Source of the DNA: Octopus bimaculoides
Lineage: Eukaryota
Length of the DNA: 64,000 nucleotides
Reading direction: 5' to 3'
NCBI RefSeq assembly: GCF_001194135.2
Contig: NC_068999.1
Coordinates: 48,032,534 to 48,096,533 of the forward strand
The position numbers were made by a program, and so were the translations under genes. Below the pieces are notes generated by a model that made no database searches, was not told the origin of the DNA, and saw only the letters and a program-made list of their open reading frames with translations. Positions 1-25,985 of the stretch are shown here, in pieces (positions within the stretch are counted from its first letter, which is position 1; each line of letters opens with the position of its first letter).

Positions 1-75
1 GTTTGGATCTGAGGGCTGACCAAAGCCTTTGGGTGAAGTTGGTATGCAGATACTGAAAGAAGCCCATCATGTATA

Positions 76-290
76 TATGAGGGGGTACTGAAAAGTTCCT
101 GGCTTTAAGGGTATTGCATGAAAGGCCTGCTTGGAGGCTCAACCTTCCAAGTTCTTTTGCAAGGTTTAGAAAAACTGAAGGACCACTGCAATAAGTGTGT
201 GTGAATCTGAGAGGGGAACACATTGAATAAAATCATAATTAACTGATCCTCCTGTATTTTCTTTTACCCAAAGCCAGGAACTTTTCAGCT
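76..290 (+). mobile_element. Mariner-derived non-autonomous element (MITE)
   Basis: Inverted termini tgaaaagttcctggcttt / aaagccaggaacttttca; internal degenerate GLEKLKDHCNKCV...GEHIE resembles a mariner transposase C-terminus; partial copies near 34590 and 58578. Confidence 0.7.
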
Positions 291-320
291 TATATGTGTG
301 CATGTGCATGTGCATGTCTT

Positions 321-390
<70 letters not shown>

Positions 391-753
391 AGAGAGTCTA
401 TCTCCTTGCCTTGATATCTTATGTATTGAATTAGCAAAATCATGGGGGACCCCCAAAACCTATTGGCTCAGGGGCCCCACTAAGTCTAAATTTGGCCCTG
501 ATTATTATACTACCATACAACTAACAGCATAAATCATATTATGCAGAGTTTTATGAGTTAGATGTAGTTGCATCTATACTCAGGTTGATGCAACATGTCA
601 TCTAACTTCCAGCATAGAACACATTTTTTTTGGAAAATTGCTTCTATTTTATTTACCAGTTTGAGAAGAGAAATATAACTTATACATCTACAAATGAAGT
701 CTTGCTCCAGCTTTTAAAGCTAATTTCTTTATTATTTACAATTTCTGTTTTAG

Positions 754-14117
<13,364 letters not shown>

Positions 14118-14213
14118 AATATACAAAATAATATTGCTGTGTTGCTAATAACTGAATTTAAATTTCTATGAAAAATGAAATTTGTGCTAAAAATACAAAC
14201 TCTTTTGATATTC

Positions 14214-14219
14214 AATAAA
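14214..14219 (+). terminator. Candidate polyadenylation signal of the dynein gene
   Basis: AATAAA about 100 nt after the stop, followed by T/GT-rich sequence; AT-rich context makes it non-unique. Confidence 0.4.
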
Positions 14220-14328
14220 TCAGTATTTATAAATTAATGTGTACTTTTGTTCTTTTGAAATTAAATATTTAGAAGACTATATTTTCAAAGGGAGGTCAGT
14301 TTCTTAAAATAAATGTTAAACTAAACAT

Positions 14329-14556
14329 TTAACCCTTTAGCATTCACATTGTTCTGTCAAAAGTAATGCTTATTTATTCTCATTGTTTTAAATTAATCAT
14401 GGATTATCTTGTAGCTTTGAGATTTTGATGAGGTTCTTGTTAATTTTTAGAATTATATTGTAAGGTTGGTGTGAGAGGCCAGATCTGGCCAGTTTGGGCT
14501 TAAAAGAGGTAGAATATTTTGGCCAGATATAGCTGGTTTAAATGCTAATGGGTTAA
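14329..14556 (+). mobile_element. piggyBac-like MITE, about 228 bp
   Basis: TTAA|CCCTTTAGCATT ... AATGCTAATGGG|TTAA; TTAA TSD plus CCC/GGG termini is the piggyBac signature. Confidence 0.8.
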
Positions 14557-14949
14557 ATAAAAGTATAATTATTTCAGATGAGAAATAGATTTTAAAATAG
14601 AATTAAGAGGATAAAAAAAAACAACCTAACTGAAGCGCTAAAAAAATAACAATTAAAGTGAGCATTATTAGATTGGATGAAGGCATTTAATTTCATTTAA
14701 GTTACCCTTGTGGTGATGAGAGGGAATCCCTTGGTTCAATGGCTGATTCTGTTCAAGAAGTGCAATGAAGACAACCCCGAAATCTAAGTAAATATAGAAT
14801 TCAGTCATGGAATTGAATCTGATCTTTGCTCGTTTGGTGACAACTTCAGCCATGTTTTAGTATTATTAGAATCAATCAGCTAAACATAGTCTAACCATAT
14901 TCCCTGATCTTAGAATGACAAACGATAGCACAGGAATTTTGTGAATGAA

Positions 14950-15360
14950 CAGTGAGTGGCATAATAAACAAAAAGCATAACTCAAGAAATTGTGGTCAGT
15001 CTGTGGCTGGAAAGGGTTGCTACTGAAGGTCATATGTGTGGCAGCAAAATTTACCCCCCCCCCTGCTATACCTCAGGAAAGAGTCAGAAGAAGTTGTCAA
15101 AGAATTTCTATGGCTTTACCAGCCCCAATATCTGGTTTCCTAAATCCTTCAATTGTAATCCCAAGGATTACTATGTGTTGGGTATGGTTGGGAATGACAC
15201 CAACTGCTCTGCCTGCAACACCAAGGCCAAGATCAAATAGGTATTCAAAGATCCTCCCAGGGACACAGTCAAGAATGCATGTCAGGTTCTGGAGGCTGTA
15301 GTAGAAACATGGTAGGTTCTAAAGGCTGTGGTAGAAGCTGAGGGTGGCTACTTTGAGTAA
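14950..15360 (+). mobile_element. Degenerate Tc1/mariner-superfamily transposase C-terminal fragment
   Basis: PCYTSGKSQ...WFPKSFNCNPKDYYV (decayed WPPNSPDCNPxDY) ... AVVEAEGGYFE*. Confidence 0.7.
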
Positions 15361-15544
15361 ACTGCTATGTCTCACCATAATCTAGATACATTTTGATTTT
15401 TTTTTATAAATGCTTTTATTTTTGGATGGGATATTGTGTTTTTTTTTTCTTTTTGTATAATCTGTAAAATTTAGCTCAAACATCCTGTGAAGTTAATTAT
15501 CTGAATGGTAAATGTAAATTTATTTTTATTTTGTGAAATAATTT

Positions 15545-16083
15545 CAACATGCTGTGTGAAAAAGTGCCACACCCTAACAGTTGAGGGAACTCGTGGAAGA
15601 GGTAGGCCCAGGAAGACCTGGGCTGCGGTGGTGAGGCAAGACCTTCGTACATTGGGCCTCACCGAGGCGATGACTACTGACCGAGACCTTTGGAAATGGG
15701 CTGTGCGTGAGAAGACCCGGCAAGCCAAGTAAGATCGTTGCCAGTGCCCCTGGACTGGTTCTTGTGCGGGTGGCACATAAAAGACACCATTTCGAGCGTG
15801 GCCGTTGCCAGTATCGCCTGACTGGCCTTCGTGCAGGTGACACGTAAAAGCACCTACTACACTCTCTGAGTGGTTGGCGTTAGGAAGGGCATCCAGCTGT
15901 AGAAACTCTGCCAAATTTAGATTGGAGCCTGGTGTTGCCATCCGGTTTCACCAGTCCTCAGTCAAGTCGTCCAACCCATGCTAGCATGGAAAGCGGACGT
16001 TAAANNNNNNNNNNGTCAAGTCGTCCAACCCATGCTAGCATGGAAAGCGGACGTTAAACGATGATGATGATGATGATGATGAT
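15545..16083 (+). mobile_element. RTE-clade LINE 3' end with (GAT)n tail
   Basis: VKKCHTLTVEGTRGRGRPRKTW...REKTRQAK* then the family 3'UTR ending ggacgttaaacgatgatgat. Confidence 0.85.
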
Positions 16084-16906
16084 TTCCTAGAAAACAAAAT
16101 GGAAAATGATTTCAACATTTCTAAGGAAGAAAGGAAAGAAAGAAACTGATTTGTTAGATGAGAACGTACAAAAAGATAAAATAAATTGCCAACAGGAAAA
16201 CTAAGTTGAACATGTCAATGATTGCTGAACAATTGACAGCAGTTTTAAGGGCTATTTTTGTTATACCCAGGAATTAAAACTTATCCAGAAGAAACCAGAA
16301 TTATGTGAATGCAAATTCTATTTCACTTTCTCATGAATGAAGGTCGGGTGGCAAAAATTATTTACCTCGTAGTTTGATGAAGGCTTGGTTAGGAGAGGGC
16401 AGGAACAAGTACACTAACGCATTCCTTATTTTTGCCAGGTAGATATGGTTATTCTGATAGCTGGAGAAGGAAGGATCTTAAGAAATTGGAATCTCAGAAT
16501 ATATTTTTTCTGAGATGTAACTGTTATTTCTAGTATGTTGAGTGACCACACTGAGACCAGCTTCATTTCATTTGCTGATTCAAATAGGTGCAAATATGCA
16601 GTAAAAAGCATCTGGGAAAATAGTATGGGGATAGGTATTTTGAAAGCCTAGATGTCGGTTAAAAACATTGAAAATTTGAAAAACAAAGTTGGGGCGTGGA
16701 GGATAATTTCCATATTTTATCCAAGAAATTTGGAATTGTGTAAATGTATGGATTTTAAACATACACAGAAAATTTGCCTTTTATAGATAAGATACTTCAT
16801 ATATTAATCTTTTTAAATTGCTTATCCCTACATTCACTTCTATATCTGCTCAAATTTATATCTCTCGAGTGTATTCTATACTGAGAACATGTGGATCTCA
16901 TGTAAG

Positions 16907-16942
<36 letters not shown>

Positions 16943-17850
16943 TGTACATTTAAACACATAAGAGGTATCCACCATAGGACTCCCTCACGCTAGAAAAAAC
17001 AGCTAAGTTCCAAACCNNNNNNNNNNNNNNNNNNNNNNNNNNNNNNNNNNNNNNNNNNNNNNNNNNNNNNNNNNNNNNNNNNNNNNNNNNNNNNNNNNNN
17101 NNNNNNNNNNNNNNNNNNNNNNNNNNNNNNNNNNNNNNNNNNNNNNNNNNNNNNNNNNNNNNNNNNNNNNNNNNNNNNNNNNNNNNNNNNNNNNNNNNNN
17201 NNNNNNNNNNNNNNNNNNNNNNNNNNNNNNNNNNNNNNNNNNNNNNNNNNNNNNNNNNNNNNNNNNNNNNNNNNNNNNNNNNNNNNNNNNNNNNNNNNNN
17301 NNNNNNNNNNNNNNNNNNNNNNNNNNNNNNNNNNNNNNNNNNNNNNNNNNNNNNNNNNNNNNNNNNNNNNNNNNNNNNNNNNNNNNNNNNCCCAGAACAA
17401 AGTGGTTGGGAAGCAAACTTCTCATCACACAGCTATGCCTGTGCTTCAAAATTTCTGGCAAACATGGCATTAATTTTTGGAAATTAATTAAAAAAATTCT
17501 TTGAAAGTATTCCCACTAAGTTTTTTTTTAATTTCTTTCTCCAGCTAAAATGAATATTTTAATTAATCAATAATTTTTTGTGTACATTTATTGATTAGCT
17601 GTTACCAGTTCCTACCGTGTTTTAAATATTAGAAATAATTCTACCAGACAAAGTAGACTTTAATAATTGGTTTCTTTTAATAAAAGTTACGCACTCCAAA
17701 CTAATTAATTAGTACTTTTGAGAGCGTGGGAGATTGATTGTTATTACTGGTTGTGAAAATGTAACCACTGTGTTTAATAAGACCGAGGATGGTCCGTGTG
17801 TCAGAGTGGTCGGCGCACGTAGGTTGCTTAGTCTAATCATGATGGACAGT

Positions 17851-17962
17851 ATGGCGGCGTGTTTTTGTTGTTTACGTTGCCGTACCTTTGGTGCAGGTAT
17901 TAGCGGTGGACATGTAATTTTAAAAGAGCAACCAGCTGTAAAATTAGATACAGCGCATATGG
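17851..17962 (+). CDS. SPRYD7: SPRYD7 exon 1
   Basis: ATGGCGGCG start, g|gtaagt donor; in-frame upstream ATGs at 17839 and 17842. Confidence 0.88.
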
Positions 17963-18387
17963 GTAAGTCATTCACAACCGATAATTGTCTCACAAGGGAA
18001 GTTAAAGAGAATAAATCGTTAAAGATTTGTCTTTAAATCTATCAGTAATACTTCAAGATATTTAACCAACTTACTCGCAAAATTCTTTATCTTCACAAAT
18101 ATTCGTCGTCTTTTAATAAAAACTGTCTACCGAGAAATTCTTTGTTTATGTTTATACGTAGTTTCTCAGAATCTAATATTAAATGCCCTGTCTTGTCATA
18201 ATATTCTTGTGTAGCATATGTTTCAACTTCCTAGTTACCTGTTTGTCTTTGGAATTATCCTATTGAGCTTTTGTACTGATATAAATCTCAGTATTTCAAT
18301 TTAAGAAATCATAACATCGATTTAAAACAGCTGAGATATCTTCCGTACCTCTGTTATTTATCTTCCCCATTAAAGCTTTTCGGCATT

Positions 18388-18424
<37 letters not shown>

Positions 18425-21400
18425 CAATTACCGTTTCAGGAATTTCTCTTTCCCTTATAGACTTAGTTTTAAAAGGAACGAACTAATGAAAAGATAATGT
18501 TTAAATGCCATCAATCTATACTGACAATGCGAACACTATTTTATTAATAATGATCTCTGACATTTTACAATGCTGTTTTATTCGTTGGAAGGGGTAGAGT
18601 TGATTTAATGAACCAAATTTTATTTTATGGACCTCGAAAATATGAAAGGTAAAAATCGCCAGCTGGATTTGAACGTAAAATACAACTAAATATCATCGAG
18701 GTGTCGTCCAGTGTGGTACTTTCATCTGTTTGCGCCACTACCACCTCCTATTTGGCCAACAGTATGATACTGAATGTGATTAAATTTATTTATAAAGATC
18801 GCTTATATTTGAATTTATAGTTAGTTGTGTAGTGACTAGAAAAACAAAAAAGGAGGGGATAAAAGAATACGAAAAACCGGATGTTTAAAACAGTGCAATT
18901 AAACGAGGAATGAAATGCACATGATAAAAAAGATGAGACTAATATATCGGGAAAGAAAATCAGAAACAAAGGTTACAAAGAAAGTGAACTATAAAGATGA
19001 GAGAAATGCGCAGAACGCATTGTGAAAGATGCTGAACCGACAAGCACCCACGTTTAAGCCTATAGTACTTATTGTTTCACACGAAACAGCTGAAGTACAC
19101 GGATAAAACTAATCATGGGCAAACTGCGGCCCGTGGGACTTTCTGAATGGCATACCTAAATGAAAATTAACCCACTATTTCTCATGCAGCCCGCTTTTCG
19201 ACAAAAGCTGCCCGTACCTGGATTAAACCAGACTGGGGCTTGCACCACGATGCATGTTGGCGAAACACTGTTGCATGTGATGGTTATTATAATCCTAGCA
19301 GGTTTGTGAAGGGGCCCAAACTATTATTTGTAAAAGAAATATCAATGTGGGCTTTTAATCGTATTGTACAAGCTAGTTCGTTCTCTGGCCAACAAAGAAG
19401 GACGGAAAAAACTATGTGATGGCATCTGGGAACAAGTAATGCATGGCTCCTATCATATCCTCACAGATACGTTTAGAGGATCGAGTTCAGCCAACAGGAA
19501 CGTGTTTGAAAATTTAATTTAACGTATAAATGAAATATGTGGAGATTTTTGAGTTTATGTCTCTATTTTCTGTCAATCAGCAGTTAGTGTAATTTCTTTT
19601 GTTAATTGACGAAGTTATTTTTTTCGTTGTGTGTGTGTGTAGGCGGTGTTAGATATTTTGATATGCAATGAAAATGTGACGATCCTCGAGTTAATTATCT
19701 CAAGGTGTGGCTGTGTGACATATATAGAAGTGGCTTTGTGGTAAGAAGTTTGCTTCTCAACATGGTTCCAGGTTCAGTCCCTCTGCATGGCACCTGACCT
19801 ATTGCAAGTGTCTTTTAGTATATATTCTATCTCTAGAATTGGTTTCATGAAATGTTTTTATTCACAGATGTAAATAAATGTATCTTCATTGTCAGTTCAG
19901 CTTTTAGTTGTTATGAGCTAAAGCACCTTTGCTAAATTAACTTGTAGCATCCACTCATCTTACAATTGTATGTTTATGAAGTTAAGGTTTTAGCTGATAA
20001 ATTGACCCTTGAACTTTCACATTACTCCGCCAGATGCATTGCTTATTCTTTCACCTTGTTTTGAATTAATCATACATTATCTCTGAACTTCAAGATTTCA
20101 ATGATGTGATTGTTTAGTTTTAGAAGGACATTGTAGGGTAAGTGTGAGATGGCAGATCCTGTTAGTTTGACAGAATATCTGGGCCGGACATGGCCAGTTT
20201 AAATGCTAAAGGGCTAAAGATATAAGCCAATGCAAACTCAAATATGTATTGCACTCCCACTTCATAATTCATGATTAATGGAAAAAAAATTCAACTTTTT
20301 TTCTTTTATTTCTCATCCAGGTAATGATGTTGTTATTGTCAAACATGGTCGTAGGATCTGTGGCTCTGGGGGAGCATTGGCTAATGTTCCAATTGTCCAG
20401 AACAAAGCATATTTTGAAATCAAAGTACAATGTGGAGGTAAGATATTTATAAGTTTATCATGTATTTAAATATTGAATATCATTTTTTTTTAAAATTATA
20501 AGCATCATCATCATTTAACATCTGTTTTCCAAGCTGGCATGGGTTGGACAGTTTGACAGAAGCTGGCAAGTCAGAGGTTCCAGTCAAGTTTCGGCAAGGT
20601 TTCAATTGCTGGATGCCCTTCCCAACAACAACCACTTTCCTAACACCACATGAAACAAGGCAATTTTTCTGATATTATTGTGGTTTAATGGCCTCAACAG
20701 TTTCTCCTGAGAGGAATAACAATGAACATCCAATGTTATGAATGTGTATTCGAAATGTAAATCCATCCATCATCATCATTTAACATTCATTTTTCTATGC
20801 TTTGCATGGGTCAGGTGGAGTTTATTTGAGGCAGATTTTCAACAATTGGGTGCCCTTCCTGTCACCAACCCTCACCTGTCTTCAAGCAAAGTAATATTTC
20901 CCTGTAGCCAGGCAGGTTTTCGCAAAATATTGGAAAGGAATGACAGTGACAAGAACGTTATAACTATCACGTCGTGTCAAGACAAGGAAACAAACATTCA
21001 CACACACTGAGCCGGCTTCTTTCAGTTTCTACCCACCAAATCTACTCACAAGGCTTTAGTTGGCCTAAGGCCATAATAGAAAACACTTTCCCAAGGTGCC
21101 ACACAGTGTGACTGAACCCAGAGCCATGTGATTGGGAAGTGAACTTCTTACCATACAAGATATGCCTGCATCTTAGCCACACATGCAAATTCTTGTATGT
21201 AATTGAGATATTGTTTTTTATTTATTTCTTAATATATTATTTCTTTCTTTCTTTCTTAGGATCCTGGGGTGTAGGATTGGCTTTAAGGAAAGTTGACCTG
21301 AATATTCTGCCTCTCGGATGTGAACCTGATGCTTGGATTCTGCGTAACGATGGTAAACTCTATCATAATAACGAAGAGAAAATACAGATCCCAGAATTAG

Positions 21401-22465
21401 CCCAAGAGGGAGATATCATTGTAAGTATTTTACACATTGGCTTAGTATGCTTCTATGTTTCTTATTATGTAGTAAATGACAACATTGTTAGCACATTGGA
21501 CTAAATGCTTAACGGCAGTTCTGACTCTTCATGTTCTGACTTCAAATTCTGCTGAGGTTGACTTTGTGTTTTATCCTCTCAGGGTTGATAAAATGATCCT
21601 ATTTGAACACTGGAACTGACATAATTAACAAACCCCCTCCTTGAAAACCACTGGCTTTGTACCAAAATTCTTAACCATTATTTATTACTTAGCAGTGTCC
21701 TATGTCCTTGCTAAAATATGTAACTCTCTTTACAGGGTTTATCTTATGACCATGTGGATTTGAATTTCTTCTTAAATGGCAAACCAACTAACACGCCAGT
21801 CAGTGGATTAAAAGGCACACTTTATCCTGTAATGTATGGTAAGTTGGTGTTTAATTTTCCTATATCCTCCTTATTATCATCATCATCATTTAAGGTTTAT
21901 TTTCCATGCTGGCATGGGTTGGACTGTTTGACAGTCTGATTTGGTATGGTTTCTACAGCTGGATACTGTTCCTAAAGCCAAACACCTTACAGAGTGTGCT
22001 GGGTGCTTTTACAAGGCACTGCATGGGTGGTCTTACATGTCACCACACAGGTGCTTTTATGTGGCACTGCCACAAGTGCTTTACACCACCAGAAGGATCA
22101 GTCTTAACACTTCTATTGCAGAGTACAAGTCTTCTTGAGTTCATCAAGGTGCCAGGCATCTCAGACCTTTGTCATCTCGCCTGAAAGGTTCATTGTCCTG
22201 AGGTCGTTCTTCACTACTTCATTCCATGTCTTCCTGGGTCTTGCATTTCCACATGTTCCATGGAAATGGAAGACATCATTAGAAACTAACTAAGACTATG
22301 AGTTACGTGTAGGATTTTTCTGTTTTATTTCCATTTGTAACTTGGCGATTTTTTTTTTTCTTTTCAGTTGATGATGGAGCTGTTCTGGATGTGCAATTTG
22401 CTACATTTTATCATCAGCCACCAGATGGCTTTGACAGGATCATGATTGAACAGTCACTTCTATGA
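17851..22465 (+). CDS. SPRYD7: SPRY domain-containing protein 7, complete, 5 exons, 196 aa
   Basis: join(17851-17962,20321-20437,21260-21420,21736-21838,22368-22465) = 591 nt. MAACFCCLRC...LDTAHMGNDVVIVKHGRRICGSGG...SYDHVDLNFFLNGK...YPVMYVDDGAVLD...IMIEQSLL* is colinear with vertebrate SPRYD7 as recalled. Confidence 0.93.
20321..20437 (+). CDS. SPRYD7: SPRYD7 exon 2
   Basis: tccag|gt ... g|gtaaga. Confidence 0.93.
21260..21420 (+). CDS. SPRYD7: SPRYD7 exon 3
   Basis: cttag|ga ... att|gtaagt. Confidence 0.93.
21736..21838 (+). CDS. SPRYD7: SPRYD7 exon 4
   Basis: tacag|ggt ... g|gtaagt. Confidence 0.93.
21870..22275 (-). mobile_element. RTE-type LINE 3' end in SPRYD7 intron 4
   Basis: Minus strand reads GTCGNARPRKTWNEVVKNDL, then family 3'UTR and (GAT)n tail. 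Confidence 0.7.
22368..22465 (+). CDS. SPRYD7: SPRYD7 exon 5 (terminal)
   Basis: ttcag|tt ... TGA. Confidence 0.92.
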
Positions 22466-23679
22466 AAAGCTGCTTTCTATAAATGAGGTGACAGAGGCAA
22501 CTGTGAACCAAAAAAAACACCGAGGTAGCTACTTTGTTGGAACTTGTATAATATCTAATTGTAAACTAGAACCTCTATGTAATACAATATGTACAATTAT
22601 TGACATATTCTTGTATATGACGCATTTATATTGAAAATTAAAATGTTGTTTATTTTGATAAATTATCATTTCACAAACAGAATCAAACCAAAACATGGAA
22701 ATATAACATATTTTTTATGTTAACTTTCTGATACTCATTTTCATACAAACATTTTAATTACTGTATTTTCCTAAATTACTTGTCTTTTCCTTGAGTAAGA
22801 TTTTACCACAGTCTCAGAAAATGTTTCCTTGTAATTATAATTATTAAATATTTAACTGTAAGTTAAAATAAATACCTAGCTTGTGTAACTTGTACTTAAT
22901 CTTTTAGCATTTAAACCAGCCATATCCGGCTCAAATATTCTACCTGCTTTACATTCAAACCAACCAGATCTGGCCTCTTACACCTACCCTGCAATGTTAT
23001 TCTAAAAATAATCAGTCACACTATCAAAGTCTTGAAGTTACAAGATAATGCATGATTAATTCAAAACAATGTGAATAAATAAGTGTTACATTTGACAGAA
23101 GAATCTGAATGTTATAGAATTAAAAAAGCAAAGCATATTATACTTTTTCCAAGTTAATATTATCTATCTCTAAAGGTGTCAAGCTGCCAGAATCGTTATC
23201 GTTCTGCACAAAATACTTAATGACATTTCCTCTGACTTTACGTTCTGAGTTCAAACGCCACCTGGGTGGACTTCACCTTTACCAGTTAAGCACTGGGGTC
23301 AAAGTAATCAATTTACACTGGCCCCTTAGATTGCTGGCCTTGTGCCAAAATTTGAAACCAACATTATCTAATCTTCATATATTCTGTGTGATAAATATTT
23401 TAAATATTATCTTATATCTGGTATTTCTAGAAATTTAATTAAAATCACTCCAATTTTCCTGCTCTGTTGTGCTTGATGTCTAAAAATTTTAGTGTTTAAC
23501 TTTTAATCCCCCTGCCCTGTCTCACAGCATTTAATATTTTTTTAATTTTTTATTGTATTCTCTGTGTGACATACAAGTTTTTAAACAGAGGTGTTGCAAT
23601 ATTAATGTATTATTTAGACATTTCAAGTACACTAACCTCTATCAATTTTTGCCATCAAATTAAAATTGCCGCTACAACC

Positions 23680-23960
23680 TCACTTACTAAATTTATAATA
23701 TCCTTCTGCGGATATTTGTGTAGAAGATTTTAGGATCTGTGGAGGGGACATTCTGTTATCTTCCAAGAGTCTGTGCCATAGAGCAATGAGTGTATGATAC
23801 AGAGTTTGTATTGAGCGGACTTCACTACAATGTTCACTTTCTAAATCCACAATATTATTCTGTGGTTATTTATGTTGAAGATTTGGTGAGGTGACATTCT
23901 GTTGTTCTCCAACAGTCTGTGTCGTAGATCAAAGACCATATGATACAGCTCTAACATAAT
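23680..23960 (-). mobile_element. Decayed LINE post-RT segment, present twice in tandem
   Basis: SLIYDTDCWRTTE and SLLYGTDSWKITE, both resembling the LLYGxETW motif. Confidence 0.55.
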
Positions 23961-25179
23961 TTCATCATGATGATCATACTGAGTGAACTTCTCTCCAGTG
24001 TTTAGCATTTCAATGGTGTATTTTGTCTTGCTGTAATAGCTCGTAATTTCTATTGCAAGCAGGTATCTTCCACCTACTGTGACTGATCAAGGGTTTGGGA
24101 TTCAATTGAGCATATTCGTTTTGTGTAACTTAGTATCAAAGATAAAAATCAATATTATATTCTTTTCTGAAAAGCATAGAAAAACAGAAGAGCTTCAGCC
24201 AAAAAACATTTTTGTATATAATTTTATTCTTTCATGTCAACATGAGTTCAGATTCTGCTAATGGTCAACCTAACTTTTCGTTTGGGTTCCATAAAACAAG
24301 TCTTAATAATAGATTGAAATGAATTCAATTACCTATACATCTGGCCTTATTACTGAAAAAATTAATGTGTTCTTTCATCCATTATCAGTCTAACTGGTTA
24401 TTTTTTTACAATTTCACCTTTCTAATTTTTAGGTATTATTTATTAAACATTTATAATTTTTTTTTTTCCTTTGGCTTCTGTATTTGGTTTGCAAGATTCT
24501 TGATGTGAACTCGTGTGTTGAAACAAATTTTATTGTATCTTGAGAGGGTCATTATGCCAATAATAAAACACATGTACTGGTTCAATTTCACTTCTTTTAT
24601 TATTCATTAGTTGGTTAAATAACCAATTGATGAGTAATAAAGAAGTAGAATAATACCAGTGCATATGTTTATTACTGACAGAATGACCCTCCTAAAATAC
24701 AGCAAAATATATTTTTAATAATTAAATTATATACTTTTATAATCAAACAGTTGTTAGTTTCTTTAGGTTTTTTTTTCTGATATAGGATGCATTTAACTTT
24801 AATAATAATTTATGTATATGTATAAAATATGAGTAAAATGTGTTATTGTTGTTTCCAAACAGCTTTTTTTTTTCATTGCAAATACAGTAATACCTCAGTT
24901 AGCAATCTCAATACATTCTTAAAAATGCAGTGCTATTGGAGGTCATTACAACTTTGAATATACATAGAGATATAGCTTGCTAGGTTGTTTTTCTCATATG
25001 TAAATGAAGGTGACAAACATTCCCGAATATTTGAAATTCAGAAATGATATCGCACCCTTCCAGTATTTGTTAACATTAGATAACCTCTCACATGTGATGT
25101 TACATATTGATTTCTGAAACTACAATAAAATTAGACTTTAATTACGAGTGCACAAGTCTACCTTGCCTTACCTATTCTC

Positions 25180-25985
25180 ATCCTCATTGCTGTGAGTCAG
25201 GGACCATGGACACATACTTCATCTCTGTCTCTATCAATTCCTACCCTTTGGCCATGGTTGTGCATTCATTCAGAGACCTTCTGGTTCATTCTTTGATGTC
25301 ATCCAAGTAGCATCTTCTTAGTCTCACCTTTCCTCATTTCCCATTGACTCTTCTATAAGATGTGGATGCTGGGGTTCTGGACCTTGATTAGTTGAGACAC
25401 ATAAGGCCACAACATGATCCCTCTAACCAACTCTGTCTCCTGCTATTGTTTCAGTCTCATTCCAGCTTCTCTACCCTTCTCGTCTCCTTTCCTTGTCAAC
25501 AGTCCTTCGTGGTTTTAGGGTGTCCTGCTACTTTTTCTTTCCCCTCCACTCAGGCTGTTACTTAAGTGCCACCATACACTCACTTTCTCAATCTTGCCTG
25601 AGGACATGTCTGATCCAGTTTCAGCATCCGCATCTTATTTCATCATTGATCCTGTTGATACCCATTGTTGTCTCAATTGTATCATTTCAGACTCTTGGCA
25701 CACACTAGATGTCAAGTCTTCTCCTTAAGCATTTGAATCAGAAGCTGTCCCTTGCTTTTTCTTGCATTTTTGTCACTTTCCAGTTTTCACATCCACAGAG
25801 TAGATTGAGTCACTGTCTTAAACTGCTGAACCTTGATAATATGCCCAAAATATTGCAGCTTTCTCTTCCTGACAGCCAAAACTTCTCTTTCTGTCCGCAT
25901 TTCCTCAAGTAGAGATTCATTCGTTCAATGGTCAACCCAGCTAATTCTCAATACTCTTTGGTAGCCCTTTGTTTTCTGAATGAAA
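25180..25985 (-). mobile_element. Older RTE-like LINE 3' fragment interrupted by a second LINE
   Basis: ENKGYQRVLRISW...KRKLQYFGHIIK (25985-25826) resumes as KVQNPSIHIL..RVNGK..RRCYLDDIKE (25388-25180). Confidence 0.7.
25389..25825 (-). mobile_element. Nested 5'-truncated RTE-like LINE with 12-bp TSD
   Basis: CGCENWKVTK...WIRHVLRQ...HPKTT...ALCVST; flanked by ctggaccttgat (25377-25388) and ctgaaccttgat (25826-25837). Confidence 0.7.

Noticed and set aside
15955-16060. Direct duplication around a 10-N gap
   Set aside because: Overlapping contig ends; assembly artefact
16430-16760. Possible decayed L1/Tx1 endonuclease (DSWR, SDH motifs)
   Set aside because: Motifs too short and in different frames; not supportable without a search
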